Of a stretch of DNA of 64,000 bases, positions 37,799 through 46,565 are shown in pieces. The DNA lies in the IMG/VR virus record IMGVR_UViG_3300050156_000143, positions 128,001 through 192,000 of that record; one strand, written 5' to 3'. A program made the position numbers and the translations under genes. This stretch comes from a virus. Taxonomy: Duplodnaviria; Caudoviricetes. Under the pieces are notes generated by a model. The model was not told where the DNA came from and did no database searches. It was given only the letters and a program-made list of their open reading frames with translations. Each line of letters begins with the position of its first letter. Position 1 is the first letter of the stretch.

Positions 37799-38197
37799 AT
37801 GATCAACATGAAGCACGCCACCTTGACCGCCATTCTTGGGATCGCAGCGGTGACCGCGCCGTTTGTGCAATACGTGCCGAGCACTCACCTAGCATCCAAG
37901 ACGGTTAACGGTGAATTTGTGTTCTTCCCTCCTAACACCATTTCCATCAGTACGGAACACCTGAATTATTACGAGTTGACTGACATCGACGCGGTGACGT
38001 TTACCAAAAACAAACGAACATACGTGCTATCTATTCGGTGTGAAACGTGTGACCTGTCCGCACATGACATTGAGTTGCTCGCAACGGTGTTGCGCCAGCC
38101 TGATGTGTCTTACGAAAAACTGATGGCGTTGAACAGCAAATTGGACTCTTCGATCTTGACGGAACAAGTGCCCGACAATGGCCCTGCATTGTTGTAA
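37799..38197 (+). CDS. Hypothetical protein with signal peptide
   Basis: N-terminal hydrophobic stretch; extended -10 TGCTATGAT upstream. Confidence 0.6.
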   Translation: MINMKHATLTAILGIAAVTAPFVQYVPSTHLASKTVNGEFVFFPPNTISISTEHLNYYELTDIDAVTFTKNKRTYVLSIRCETCDLSAHDIELLATVLRQPDVSYEKLMALNSKLDSSILTEQVPDNGPALL

Positions 38198-38819
38198 AAC
38201 ACTACCGAAAACATTGTATGTTGCGTTTAGTGGAGGAGTTGATTCAGTGGTGTTGGCCACATTGGCTCTCAAACTCAAGCGCAACGTGCGGCTAGCGTTT
38301 TTTCATCATGGAAACGCTTACGCAGACGTTGAATACCAGTTTGCACAACAATTTGCTACCCAGCGTGGTCTCCATCTTGAGGTGGCGGGTATGCCAACCG
38401 TGGTGCGCAATCGTGAACACGAATGGCGCCACGCTAGATATGAGTTTTTTCAATCGTTGCCCCATCCTGTTGCCACTGGGCATCATTTGGATGATGCAGT
38501 GGAATGGTATCTGATGACTTGCCTCAAGGGAGAAGGACACTATATGTTGTATCAAAACAACAACGTGTTCAGGCCCATGTTGCTACAACGTAAAGAAACG
38601 ATTCAGCATTATGCTGAAGAAAATGGTCTAACGTGGATCGACGATCCATCCAACCATGATGTAGACTTTGCCACTCGCAACCGAGTAAGACACCTTTTGC
38701 TACCACAGTGCCTGGAAATCAATCCAGGTCTGCATGAAACCGTGCGCCGCCACATTCGCAACAAAATTCACCCACCGAAGGACTCCACATGTTTGAACTC
38801 ATCGTGCTTGCAACCTTGA
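38178..38819 (+). CDS. tilS: TilS-like PP-loop ATP pyrophosphatase (catalytic domain only)
   Basis: VAFSGGVDS, R..RY.FF, ATGHHLDD..E..LM, RPML, WI.DPSN..RNR.R. Confidence 0.85.
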   Translation: MALHCCKTLPKTLYVAFSGGVDSVVLATLALKLKRNVRLAFFHHGNAYADVEYQFAQQFATQRGLHLEVAGMPTVVRNREHEWRHARYEFFQSLPHPVATGHHLDDAVEWYLMTCLKGEGHYMLYQNNNVFRPMLLQRKETIQHYAEENGLTWIDDPSNHDVDFATRNRVRHLLLPQCLEINPGLHETVRRHIRNKIHPPKDSTCLNSSCLQP

Positions 38820-38968
38820 TCCGCCCGGTCGATAACACACCTCCACGTGAAGTCAGGATGACGCACTTAGCCACTTCTGCTGAAAACTGTGAAAAGGTGA
38901 AGCAACAATTGATTTCCAAGTTGGGCAATCGTTACCAAATCAATTCCGCAATTTGCAAGAAAGTGTGA
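38789..38968 (+). CDS. Small hypothetical protein (59 aa)
   Basis: AAGGA RBS, hand-translated open frame. Confidence 0.4.
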   Translation: MFELIVLATLIRPVDNTPPREVRMTHLATSAENCEKVKQQLISKLGNRYQINSAICKKV

Positions 38969-38972
38969 CCAC

Positions 38973-39359
38973 ATGAAAGCGATTCATTATGCTTGGGCCT
39001 GGTTGATTAACAACGGTCTCACGGGCGCAAAGTTTGACTACTACATGGGGGAACCAACTCGAAAATCCAACAGCGAAGCCACGTTTCGTAGACTACAAGC
39101 ACAGAGTAAGTCTGATATTTCCAAAATTGGCGTGGATTGGGATAAAACTTCTCATCCATTTTTGGAGTCGTTCTCTGAGTTTACCGATACCAATTCCCCA
39201 CCAGCCACCAAATACGGCATTTCTGGTGCAATCCGGTTGAAAAACGGTGAGGTGCAACATTGGATCGCATCGGCGCCTGACCCGATGGAACTATTTTCTC
39301 ACGTGGCTGACAATGAACATCTAACAACCGTGGCCAAAACCTTGTTCGGCGAAATTTGA
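38973..39359 (+). CDS. Hypothetical protein
   Basis: ORF in operon. Confidence 0.6.
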   Translation: MKAIHYAWAWLINNGLTGAKFDYYMGEPTRKSNSEATFRRLQAQSKSDISKIGVDWDKTSHPFLESFSEFTDTNSPPATKYGISGAIRLKNGEVQHWIASAPDPMELFSHVADNEHLTTVAKTLFGEI

Positions 39360-39425
39360 ATTCACGTTGTGCGGACGATGGTTGTAATTTGCACAACAAT
39401 TTGAACACAACCATGAAGGAACATT

Positions 39426-39845
39426 ATGACCGAAAAAACTTTGATTCTTGCTGGAGTTGATGTATATCACATCCAAGCTCTGCGCGAACAAATTGCGCAA
39501 GAAGCCAACAAATTTGTCTCCAACGGCATCGACACCGTGAAGGCGACTATGGGCATCATCAAGCCCATGTTGGAAGACACCGACGACGCCGATCCCAATG
39601 TGGACTCCGAACTGGAAACGCAATGCACTGAACTGCTTCAACTGCTGAAAGATATCGAACTGGTGAGTGATTGCTCGGGGATGTCATATTATTTGCCCTG
39701 GGATGGCGAGTACGATGAAACCCCGTTTAGCTGCACGTTTGATGACAACGCTCCGGGCAATCTGTCAACCCTGTTCTCAGAACTGTATAACCAGTTGGAA
39801 GGCATGGAGTCGCAAAGTAAAGCCTGGAATGACAGCACCTGCTAA
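39426..39845 (+). CDS. Acidic hypothetical protein
   Basis: AAGGA RBS; ends W..S.C. Confidence 0.7.
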   Translation: MTEKTLILAGVDVYHIQALREQIAQEANKFVSNGIDTVKATMGIIKPMLEDTDDADPNVDSELETQCTELLQLLKDIELVSDCSGMSYYLPWDGEYDETPFSCTFDDNAPGNLSTLFSELYNQLEGMESQSKAWNDSTC

Positions 39846-39891
39846 TGGGTAAGTTATAAGGGCCATGCTGGCCCTTATTTTGGGAGTAAGT

Positions 39892-40824
39892 ATGATCCTC
39901 ATTGGTTCTGCCGCATTTGCGCAGTTTGATTTGTCTGTTGTTTCCACTGACATTGATCTAGTCGGGTCTTATCAAGAGATTTACAAACTGAAAGCCAAGT
40001 TGCGTCCAAAGTTGTTTTACCCGACTTCAAACGGTGATAAGATTTTCATGCGTTTGAAAACAGGTGAGATTTATGACTTGGAAATAGCTTGGCCCAACGG
40101 CATGGGTGAAAAGTTGGTCAAGTTCATTCAACAATATCCCCACTCTTGCACAAAAATTGAATTGCACGGGTTTCAGGTCGATGTTCCTGGGATCAATTTG
40201 CAATTGTTGCTCAAGATGTCCCACCGGTATAAGAAAAATTCCGCCCACTTTTTGAAGACCATGCGGCATATTCACCGTCTTCGCAATTTGGGGGCAATTA
40301 TTCCACCAGAATGGCAGGACTACTATCACAACAGAATGGCAGACACTTATTCGTATCACCATCCAAATCTATCGGTGTCCAAGACCGATTTTTTCAATGT
40401 GGATTACACGGGTGTTCCACAGGTTTACGACCATGACAGTATTCATGAAGTTGTCGCCATTGATGGGAAACCTGCCTACCTGCATTACAAGATTCCTGGA
40501 CAAGAGGTGCAGTGTTCCAAAGACCTGTTCTATTCAGTTCCAGCATCCACTAGAATCAATGGAGTAGTGGAGGAAGCAATGGTTCTAGCGCTAGAGAGAT
40601 CGATAGTCCCCTATCCCGGCGCCATGACTGATGACCAGGCGTTCACCAAGGCGTTGGAAAAGGTTTGCACTTCCATCACATCCGGGTGGTTCCGTGAATT
40701 TGCGTGGGAGCATTATGATGCGGCATTGAGCAAATTCCACCTTTTGCAAACCGACTCGCCATTATCTGAAAAGTTTAACCAAGCTGTGATTAACGGCACA
40801 GTCAAAATGAAGGAAACTATATGA
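39892..40824 (+). CDS. Nucleotidyltransferase-like phage protein (start 39892)
   Basis: LIGSAA..DIDL at the N-terminus; YDHDSIHE.VA; GGAG RBS after a hairpin terminator. Confidence 0.65.
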   Translation: MILIGSAAFAQFDLSVVSTDIDLVGSYQEIYKLKAKLRPKLFYPTSNGDKIFMRLKTGEIYDLEIAWPNGMGEKLVKFIQQYPHSCTKIELHGFQVDVPGINLQLLLKMSHRYKKNSAHFLKTMRHIHRLRNLGAIIPPEWQDYYHNRMADTYSYHHPNLSVSKTDFFNVDYTGVPQVYDHDSIHEVVAIDGKPAYLHYKIPGQEVQCSKDLFYSVPASTRINGVVEEAMVLALERSIVPYPGAMTDDQAFTKALEKVCTSITSGWFREFAWEHYDAALSKFHLLQTDSPLSEKFNQAVINGTVKMKETI

Positions 40825-41627
40825 AAGATGCTCTTGGCGACCGTATGAAAATGTACGAACAACGTGAGGCGCACCGGTTGTGCCCGTTGCTGCCCGTGAT
40901 TGCCAGAGTGGATGGACGGTCATTTCACAGCTTCACCAAAGGCATGAAACGCCCGTTTGACAAAGAATTCACCAATGCGATGATTGCGACTACCATCGGA
41001 CTGGTGAAGGAAACTGGCGCATGTATTGGCTACACCCAAAGTGACGAAATCACTTTGATTTGGCATTCAACTGACATCCGTAGTCAGATATGGTTTGATT
41101 GCCGTGTGCAAAAGATGGTCAGTCAACTTGGCGCACAAGCTACTCTTATGTTTTACCGAGAGTGTTTGGCCAATTTCCCCCAGTTTGCAGGCAGGATGCC
41201 AACCTTTGATGCGCGAGTGTGGTCTGTGCCGAATCAAACTGAGGCATGCAACGTTTTGTTGTGGCGCGAATGGGATGCAACAAAAAACAGCTTGACGATG
41301 GCTGCGAGTGAACATTTCAGCCACAAAGACCTGATGAATAAAAACAGCAAAGCCAAACATGACATGTTGCACAGCGTCGGGGTAAACTGGAATGATTACC
41401 CCGTGGCGTTTAAACGTGGCACATATGTTCAACGCATGGTGAAAGAACTTGCATACACCGCGTCGGAATTGTGTGCATTACCGCCAAAACATAAGGCGCG
41501 TAGTGATCCAACCATGAAGGTTATGCGGTCAGTGGTGGAAGCAATTGATATGCCGATTTTTAGCAAAGTGCTCAATAAAGATGCTGTTGTTTTTCTCGGT
41601 GCCAGCCCAATAACAGACGGAGCTTAA
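40821..41627 (+). CDS. thg1: tRNA-His guanylyltransferase (Thg1/TLP)
   Basis: ARVDGRSFHSFT, YTQSDEITL, FDAR, WR..DA.KNS, KRGT. Confidence 0.92.
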   Translation: MKDALGDRMKMYEQREAHRLCPLLPVIARVDGRSFHSFTKGMKRPFDKEFTNAMIATTIGLVKETGACIGYTQSDEITLIWHSTDIRSQIWFDCRVQKMVSQLGAQATLMFYRECLANFPQFAGRMPTFDARVWSVPNQTEACNVLLWREWDATKNSLTMAASEHFSHKDLMNKNSKAKHDMLHSVGVNWNDYPVAFKRGTYVQRMVKELAYTASELCALPPKHKARSDPTMKVMRSVVEAIDMPIFSKVLNKDAVVFLGASPITDGA

Positions 41628-41628
41628 C

Positions 41629-41967
41629 ATGATGAAAAGATACACCGATTTTGTGCTGACTGAAAATCATCTGAAACTCATTTCCAAATTTTATGTAGAT
41701 TGGGATGACGGTGGATATGACGGTGCTCCGACCATTAACGAAAAGCGCCCGTATGGCAACAGCGACGTTGTGACTGATATTGCAGAAATTCTCGGAGTGC
41801 AGATTGACGAGTCCGATGAAAGCTACGACGAACACAGTGCAAGTCTCTTGAAATTGCACCGTGAAACCGCAACTGCCCTACAAATTTGCTTGTGGACACG
41901 GTCGTTTGTCCCTGGCACGTACCGTTCAAGCGACATCTGCTTGCGAGCGTGGGAAAAAGTTGACTAA
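41629..41967 (+). CDS. Conserved hypothetical phage protein
   Basis: GAP.IN.KRPYGNSDV..DIAEILG..LH.ET..ALQI. Confidence 0.7.
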   Translation: MMKRYTDFVLTENHLKLISKFYVDWDDGGYDGAPTINEKRPYGNSDVVTDIAEILGVQIDESDESYDEHSASLLKLHRETATALQICLWTRSFVPGTYRSSDICLRAWEKVD

Positions 41968-41994
41968 AACAGTCTGAAATCAACCTTGGTGTGA

Positions 41995-42267
41995 TTGTGG
42001 TGCTACACTGTGTTCACCGCGTTAGAGCAGACAACCAAACGGAAACAACGCACGACCACCTTCCAATTCTATAGCATTAATATCACTAACCTGATCGCCG
42101 CCGATGGCGCACGGGTTATCAAGACGGTGTGTCCTTGGCAATTGACCACCGTCCCTGCTAACATTGACGATTGCGAACAACTTGCTATTCAATATCTGGA
42201 TGACAATTACGAGTACGATGTTAGTCAGGCGTGGGCAGAGACGATCTCGGGCGAAGACCACATTTGA
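41995..42267 (+). CDS. Hypothetical protein (start uncertain)
   Basis: ORF downstream of the TGGTGCTACACT promoter-like site. Confidence 0.45.
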   Translation: MWCYTVFTALEQTTKRKQRTTTFQFYSINITNLIAADGARVIKTVCPWQLTTVPANIDDCEQLAIQYLDDNYEYDVSQAWAETISGEDHI

Positions 42268-42280
42268 CATTGGGGGTATT

Positions 42281-42523
42281 ATGTCTAAACCAGTTAAACC
42301 AGTTGCCACTCCGGTGGGATTAGAGTGGAAGCCGTGCCACCAGTGCAAGCATTTTGTCAACTATGACAAACAATTTGGCAGCAAAATGGTAACAGTTGGG
42401 AAACAATGTCTCGGAGACCCATCTGGAAAACGGTGGGATCCAATCGTCGCATCAAAAGATGGGCGCTGTGGCAGCAACCGAGTTTGGTGGGTGAAATCAA
42501 AAACAACCAGTAAAAGGAAATAA
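42281..42523 (+). CDS. Small Cys-rich protein
   Basis: CHQCKHF..C..C; GGGGG RBS. Confidence 0.55.
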   Translation: MSKPVKPVATPVGLEWKPCHQCKHFVNYDKQFGSKMVTVGKQCLGDPSGKRWDPIVASKDGRCGSNRVWWVKSKTTSKRK

Positions 42524-42529
42524 TCAATC

Positions 42530-43096
42530 TTGACCAAAACGCGAGTAATTAATTTATATGGTGGCCCAGGAACTGGAAAATCCACAACTGCGGCCCAGCT
42601 TTTTTCCACCTTGAAACTCATGGGTGTAAATTGCGAATACGTGCAAGAATACGCCAAAGATTTAGCGTGGGAGCACAATGGAAATCACGGTTTTGTGCCG
42701 TTGGCGCTGCGAGCGAGCGAAAACGTATTTGCCCAGCAGCACTACCGGATGCGTCGATGTGTGGGTCACGTTGATCTCATTGTCACCGATAGTCCTTTGT
42801 TGCTGGGTTTGGCTTACATTGACGACAAATTTGAGTTACCATCCTTACGTAACGTGATCAAAGAAGCGTATAGTTTATACGACAATTTCGATGTGTTCTT
42901 GAACCGCGTAAAGCCGTATAATCCACATGGTAGGTTTCAAGATGAACAAGATGCAAAACATCTTGATGGCAAAATAAAAACAATTTTGACGGGGCATAAT
43001 GCGTGTCACCATGTGGTTGACGCCGATAAACACGCTGCTGATAGAATTGTAGAAATTTTGAATACACGATGGTTTGGCACCGGCAAATCACAGTAA
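42530..43096 (+). CDS. P-loop kinase, AAA_28/NadR-like
   Basis: INLYGGPGTGKST, EYAK, VTDSPLLL. Confidence 0.85.
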   Translation: MTKTRVINLYGGPGTGKSTTAAQLFSTLKLMGVNCEYVQEYAKDLAWEHNGNHGFVPLALRASENVFAQQHYRMRRCVGHVDLIVTDSPLLLGLAYIDDKFELPSLRNVIKEAYSLYDNFDVFLNRVKPYNPHGRFQDEQDAKHLDGKIKTILTGHNACHHVVDADKHAADRIVEILNTRWFGTGKSQ

Positions 43097-43106
43097 ATAA
43101 TAACTT

Positions 43107-43183
43107 CGGAGTATAGCGCAGTTTGGTAGCGCATCTGCTTTGGGAGCAGAGGGTCGTAAGTTCGAGTCTTACTATTCCGACCA
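43107..43183 (+). tRNA. tRNA-Pro(TGG)
   Basis: Cloverleaf, CCA end; TAAATA at 43094. Confidence 0.95.
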
Positions 43184-43191
43184 GTTTGATA

Positions 43192-43267
43192 TGGAACATA
43201 GCTCAGTCGGTAGAGCAACGGACTTTTAATCCGTGGGTCATGGGTTCGATCCCCATTGTTCCAACCA
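43192..43267 (+). tRNA. tRNA-Lys(TTT)
   Basis: Cloverleaf, CCA end. Confidence 0.95.
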
Positions 43268-43274
43268 AGGTTTT

Positions 43275-43363
43275 GCGCGAGTGGTGGAATTGGTGGACAC
43301 ACTTGGTTTAAGCCCAAATGCTCTTGATTGAGCGTAAGAGTTCGAGTCTCTTCTCGCGCACCA
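43275..43363 (+). tRNA. tRNA-Leu(TAA)
   Basis: Long variable arm, CCA end. Confidence 0.93.
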
Positions 43364-43371
43364 AAATATAG

Positions 43372-43450
43372 GCTGAATTAGCTCAGTTGTTGGCAGAGCG
43401 CCAGTGCTGTAAACTGGAGGTCATCTGTTCGAGTCAGATATTCAGCACCA
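43372..43450 (+). tRNA. tRNA-Thr(TGT), non-canonical anticodon loop
   Basis: G1-C72 and C2-G71; loop GC-TGT-AA (C33 instead of U33). Confidence 0.75.
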
Positions 43451-43457
43451 ACATTCT

Positions 43458-43545
43458 GGAAACATGGGGGAGTGGTTTAACCCAACAGTCTTGAAAACTG
43501 TCAAAGAGCAATCTTTCGTGAGTTCAAATCTCACTGTTTCCGCCA
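43458..43545 (+). tRNA. tRNA-Ser(TGA)
   Basis: Long variable arm, G73, CCA end. Confidence 0.95.
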
Positions 43546-43558
43546 CTTTTTTACAACG

Positions 43559-44320
43559 ATGGAGTTTATGATGGAAAACGTGTTTTTACTCGCTTTCACC
43601 CCGGTGATTGCTATGAGTTGGATATATCTTGCTGGACTAACGGCAGTGTTGTTACTAAATGCGTGGGCGTATGATTCCGATAATTATGGGATTACTTTTA
43701 TTACTGGACTGCTACTCATGGCAGGTGTCTTTTACCCCGTTGTCACCCAGGGCAATCTCACCTTCATGACCGGTGTTTGGGCATTCTGTGTGTTCTTGGG
43801 GAAATGGATGGTAGTTGGGTGTGCGGTTTCATTGGTGAAACTGTTGGTGGAATTGTCTACTCAACGAGATCAATTAGTGGCAGCGTGGGAAAAGTTTGTG
43901 CTCATCATGGCCCGAGACTATGTGAGTCTATCTGACCCCAACGGTGAATGTACGGTTGGTGATGTTTATCGCAACGTTGAACTCGCAAAATCCGAACAAG
44001 CTGGTCGTGCGACTTTTGATCCAATCACCATTCGCACTTCGTTGTTGCGCATATTCGACCTGAACTACGTGCAATCATCGGTCAAGTTTTTCACCCTGGT
44101 GGCACTAAACGATTCCGCAGCTCCACTGGTGAAAATGAATCGTGGAGAAATCGGAGAGCGTTTCAGTCTGTGGGCCACTTTGTGGCCGTCAGTTGTGATT
44201 GATCTTGTGTTTGGCAAATTGCTCTCAAAATTGTTCAACATGTTATCCACCGTGGTATCCAAGATTTCCCAATGGTATAGCTCGTGGTTGTTCAAGGGAG
44301 TATTCAATGTTAAAGACTGA
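43559..44320 (+). CDS. Multi-pass membrane protein
   Basis: Several hydrophobic segments. Confidence 0.7.
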   Translation: MEFMMENVFLLAFTPVIAMSWIYLAGLTAVLLLNAWAYDSDNYGITFITGLLLMAGVFYPVVTQGNLTFMTGVWAFCVFLGKWMVVGCAVSLVKLLVELSTQRDQLVAAWEKFVLIMARDYVSLSDPNGECTVGDVYRNVELAKSEQAGRATFDPITIRTSLLRIFDLNYVQSSVKFFTLVALNDSAAPLVKMNRGEIGERFSLWATLWPSVVIDLVFGKLLSKLFNMLSTVVSKISQWYSSWLFKGVFNVKD

Positions 44321-44960
44321 TCTGGTAGCATATAACGAGATTGTGGCGAAACTATCACCATATCTTCAGAAGTATGCAACGATCGAGGGCAACACTGATC
44401 CGTTGGTAATCACAAGTGGGTGCGTACTATTAACTTCCTTCATCGAATGGTTGGACAATCCTGAACAATGGGCTGGCGCATGGACAACCGCCGACAGCTC
44501 ATATGTTTGGTGTCAGGTCTCCAATTATGAACGATGCTGGGATTTGAAATCGATCGCGGAAACCATTGCCGAATATGAGCGATATGCACGGTATTCGATT
44601 CACAACATTCCCATCCACTTTTTGGACATGGTGCAAAAAACCGTTAAACATCATGGGTTAGAATCTGGGGTATCCAGTGTGACCGCTGGTGAACTGAATT
44701 CGATCATGAAACTGATGGGGAAATTTGATTTAGAAAATTGGGAGGACAACAGACGTGCAACATTAGCCGCAATGATGTCCGATCTGCATGGTTATCCAAC
44801 AGTGGAAAATCCCGTTAAGATATACTTGGCAGGCACCGACGATTGTTCATGGACATTATGTGTTGAAACTGTTGAGATCGCGGATAAAATCGTGACTGAC
44901 CTGATTCAATGCGCCACTTGGGCAAAATTGCACGAATATGGATTTGTTTTTACAAATTGA
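44307..44960 (+). CDS. Hypothetical protein (start 44307)
   Basis: GGGAG RBS. Confidence 0.65.
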   Translation: MLKTDLVAYNEIVAKLSPYLQKYATIEGNTDPLVITSGCVLLTSFIEWLDNPEQWAGAWTTADSSYVWCQVSNYERCWDLKSIAETIAEYERYARYSIHNIPIHFLDMVQKTVKHHGLESGVSSVTAGELNSIMKLMGKFDLENWEDNRRATLAAMMSDLHGYPTVENPVKIYLAGTDDCSWTLCVETVEIADKIVTDLIQCATWAKLHEYGFVFTN

Positions 44961-44980
44961 GCGCTAACTGGGGAGGTAGC

Positions 44981-45337
44981 ATGGCTGATTACACGAAGTT
45001 CAGATTGCGAGTCACTTTGCGCCACGATGCTCCCCAGGATGTCATTACGACGATCGCCTACGCTGTTAAACACGGTAAGTTCAAGTTTGATAAATCTGGG
45101 CATCCATTGTTCGCGCATCCTGCTTGTGACAGTTTGTTACGTTGCAGTAGGATATTTGTTCCCAAATCTGGTGTGTTGCACTTGGCTCACCAAGACGGAA
45201 TCAAAGATGCACGTCTGCTTCAGTTGCTGATAAAATGGCTATCACCACATCTTTATGAAGTCCCAGGAACATTGATTGGGGTATGTCAGAACCAAGTTGA
45301 CATGAGACACACAGCCTCGTTCGTGCTTGGACAGTAA
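44981..45337 (+). CDS. Hypothetical protein (start 44981)
   Basis: GGAGG RBS. Confidence 0.65.
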   Translation: MADYTKFRLRVTLRHDAPQDVITTIAYAVKHGKFKFDKSGHPLFAHPACDSLLRCSRIFVPKSGVLHLAHQDGIKDARLLQLLIKWLSPHLYEVPGTLIGVCQNQVDMRHTASFVLGQ

Positions 45338-45393
45338 ATTTTCAGAAATTTCGTAGCAAAATGGCCAACGTGGTGCTACAATAAGTTTTTACG

Positions 45394-45473
45394 GGGTGGC
45401 AAGCCAACATGGTTGCGGCGGCGAATTCATAATTCGTGTTCATTACCCGGTTCGAGTCCGGGGCCACTCACCA
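45394..45473 (+). tRNA. tRNA with CAT anticodon (elongator Met or Ile2)
   Basis: Cloverleaf with atypical D loop and 8-nt variable region; lacks initiator features. Confidence 0.8.
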
Positions 45474-45481
45474 GAATATAT

Positions 45482-45560
45482 GCGGGTAGACAAGTGCAAA
45501 GGGCGCACAACTGATTTCCAATCAGTAGATCGCAGGGTTCGATTCCCTCTACCCGCTCCA
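45482..45560 (+). tRNA. tRNA-Gly(TCC), possible 8/4 fold
   Basis: GCG acceptor start, U73, anticodon TCC. Confidence 0.85.
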
Positions 45561-45566
45561 TGATTT

Positions 45567-45661
45567 CTGCCCTTAGTTCAATGGATAGAACAACTGCCTT
45601 CTAAGCAGCATTAGATCAAACTATGGTCAAGGTGTCGGTTCGAGTCCGGCAGGGCAGGCCA
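45567..45661 (+). tRNA. tRNA-Arg(TCT) with a 24-nt variable arm
   Basis: CT-TCT-AA loop, Arg-type D arm, extra hairpin at 45610-45633, CCA end. Confidence 0.85.
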
Positions 45662-45693
45662 ATAATGAATACCACAGCGGCAGCAATGTTCCT

Positions 45694-45927
45694 GTGGTAT
45701 TTTTTTACTCACAGGAGATCAATGTGAAGCTCACGTTGCCAGGAAACATTCACAACCATTTGGTGATCAACAAGTTGTTGACTGTCTATTCTGAGAATTT
45801 CATGGAACCGCCGTGGCTCCAGTATTACCCGCCGACGATGGACAATGATGGCAAAGAAACAATCAAGTTGACTTTCACTCATGATTCAGATTTGGTTTAC
45901 TTCAGCCTAATTTACAATGGCCAGTAG
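45694..45927 (+). CDS. Small hypothetical protein (start likely about 45724)
   Basis: AGGAG RBS; C-terminal F..D.D...F.L motif. Confidence 0.55.
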   Translation: MVFFYSQEINVKLTLPGNIHNHLVINKLLTVYSENFMEPPWLQYYPPTMDNDGKETIKLTFTHDSDLVYFSLIYNGQ

Positions 45928-45933
45928 AACGTT

Positions 45934-45958
45934 AAAAAGCCCTCCTAGGAGGGCTTTT
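45934..45958. terminator. Bidirectional terminator (CTAG loop)
   Basis: aaaaagccctc-ctag-gagggctttt. Confidence 0.8.
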
Positions 45959-45963
45959 CTGTG

Positions 45964-46188
45964 TCAAAATAGTCCAGGTTCCACAGAGTCTGGATCAAAG
46001 TTATTCTCACTGTTTGCTCTAAGTTTCGCCAACTCCTTGCAAGTCAACGTGAAATGACTCGGGAGGGGCAACGGTGGGGGAGGCTTTGGTTTACTCCACG
46101 GATACGGCCCATGTGGGTTCCATTCCTGTTTGATGCGTGTTTTCTTAGCACGTGGTTTCACAATGTTTCCCCAAGGTGGGTTGCTCAA
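45964..46188 (-). CDS. Pro-rich hypothetical protein
   Basis: Convergent ORF ending at the terminator. Confidence 0.4.
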   Translation of the reverse strand: MSNPPWGNIVKPRAKKTRIKQEWNPHGPYPWSKPKPPPPLPLPSHFTLTCKELAKLRANSENNFDPDSVEPGLF

Positions 46189-46261
46189 TTGCTATGATAA
46201 TAGCATACATATTCCTCAATATTTTAATCCATAGTTCAGGCTATGGTCTTTCCCACACATC

Positions 46262-46558
46262 ATGATCCATCAGTTACCAAGAGACCATCACGTAGACTTT
46301 GAACTTTCACCGTGGGAAACCACTGTGATAAACATCACTTCACAACAGTTGGAACGTGTGGCGAACTTTAGGAGAAAGTCAATGACCAAACTTCCAGATC
46401 AGATCAGGAAATGCTCGGTTGAAGTGGTTCAGTCATGGTATTCAGAATCGTTTCCAATTTGGTTCGACCATGCAATCCCAGCTTTTAGATACCGAATTGC
46501 CACCGAATCCGATATTGACCAAAATTGTGAAACGGCTATCAGTATGATGTTTAGTTAA
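46262..46558 (+). CDS. Hypothetical protein
   Basis: ORF before the late promoter. Confidence 0.55.
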   Translation: MIHQLPRDHHVDFELSPWETTVINITSQQLERVANFRRKSMTKLPDQIRKCSVEVVQSWYSESFPIWFDHAIPAFRYRIATESDIDQNCETAISMMFS

Positions 46559-46565
46559 ATACCGG

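Noticed and set aside
42858-43317. ORFs across the tRNA cluster
   Set aside because: Translations of tRNA genes and their complements.
43372-43450. Reading this tRNA as Tyr(GUA) from the CTGTAAA word
   Set aside because: That register breaks the anticodon stem, and there is no long variable arm. The acceptor pairs fit Thr.
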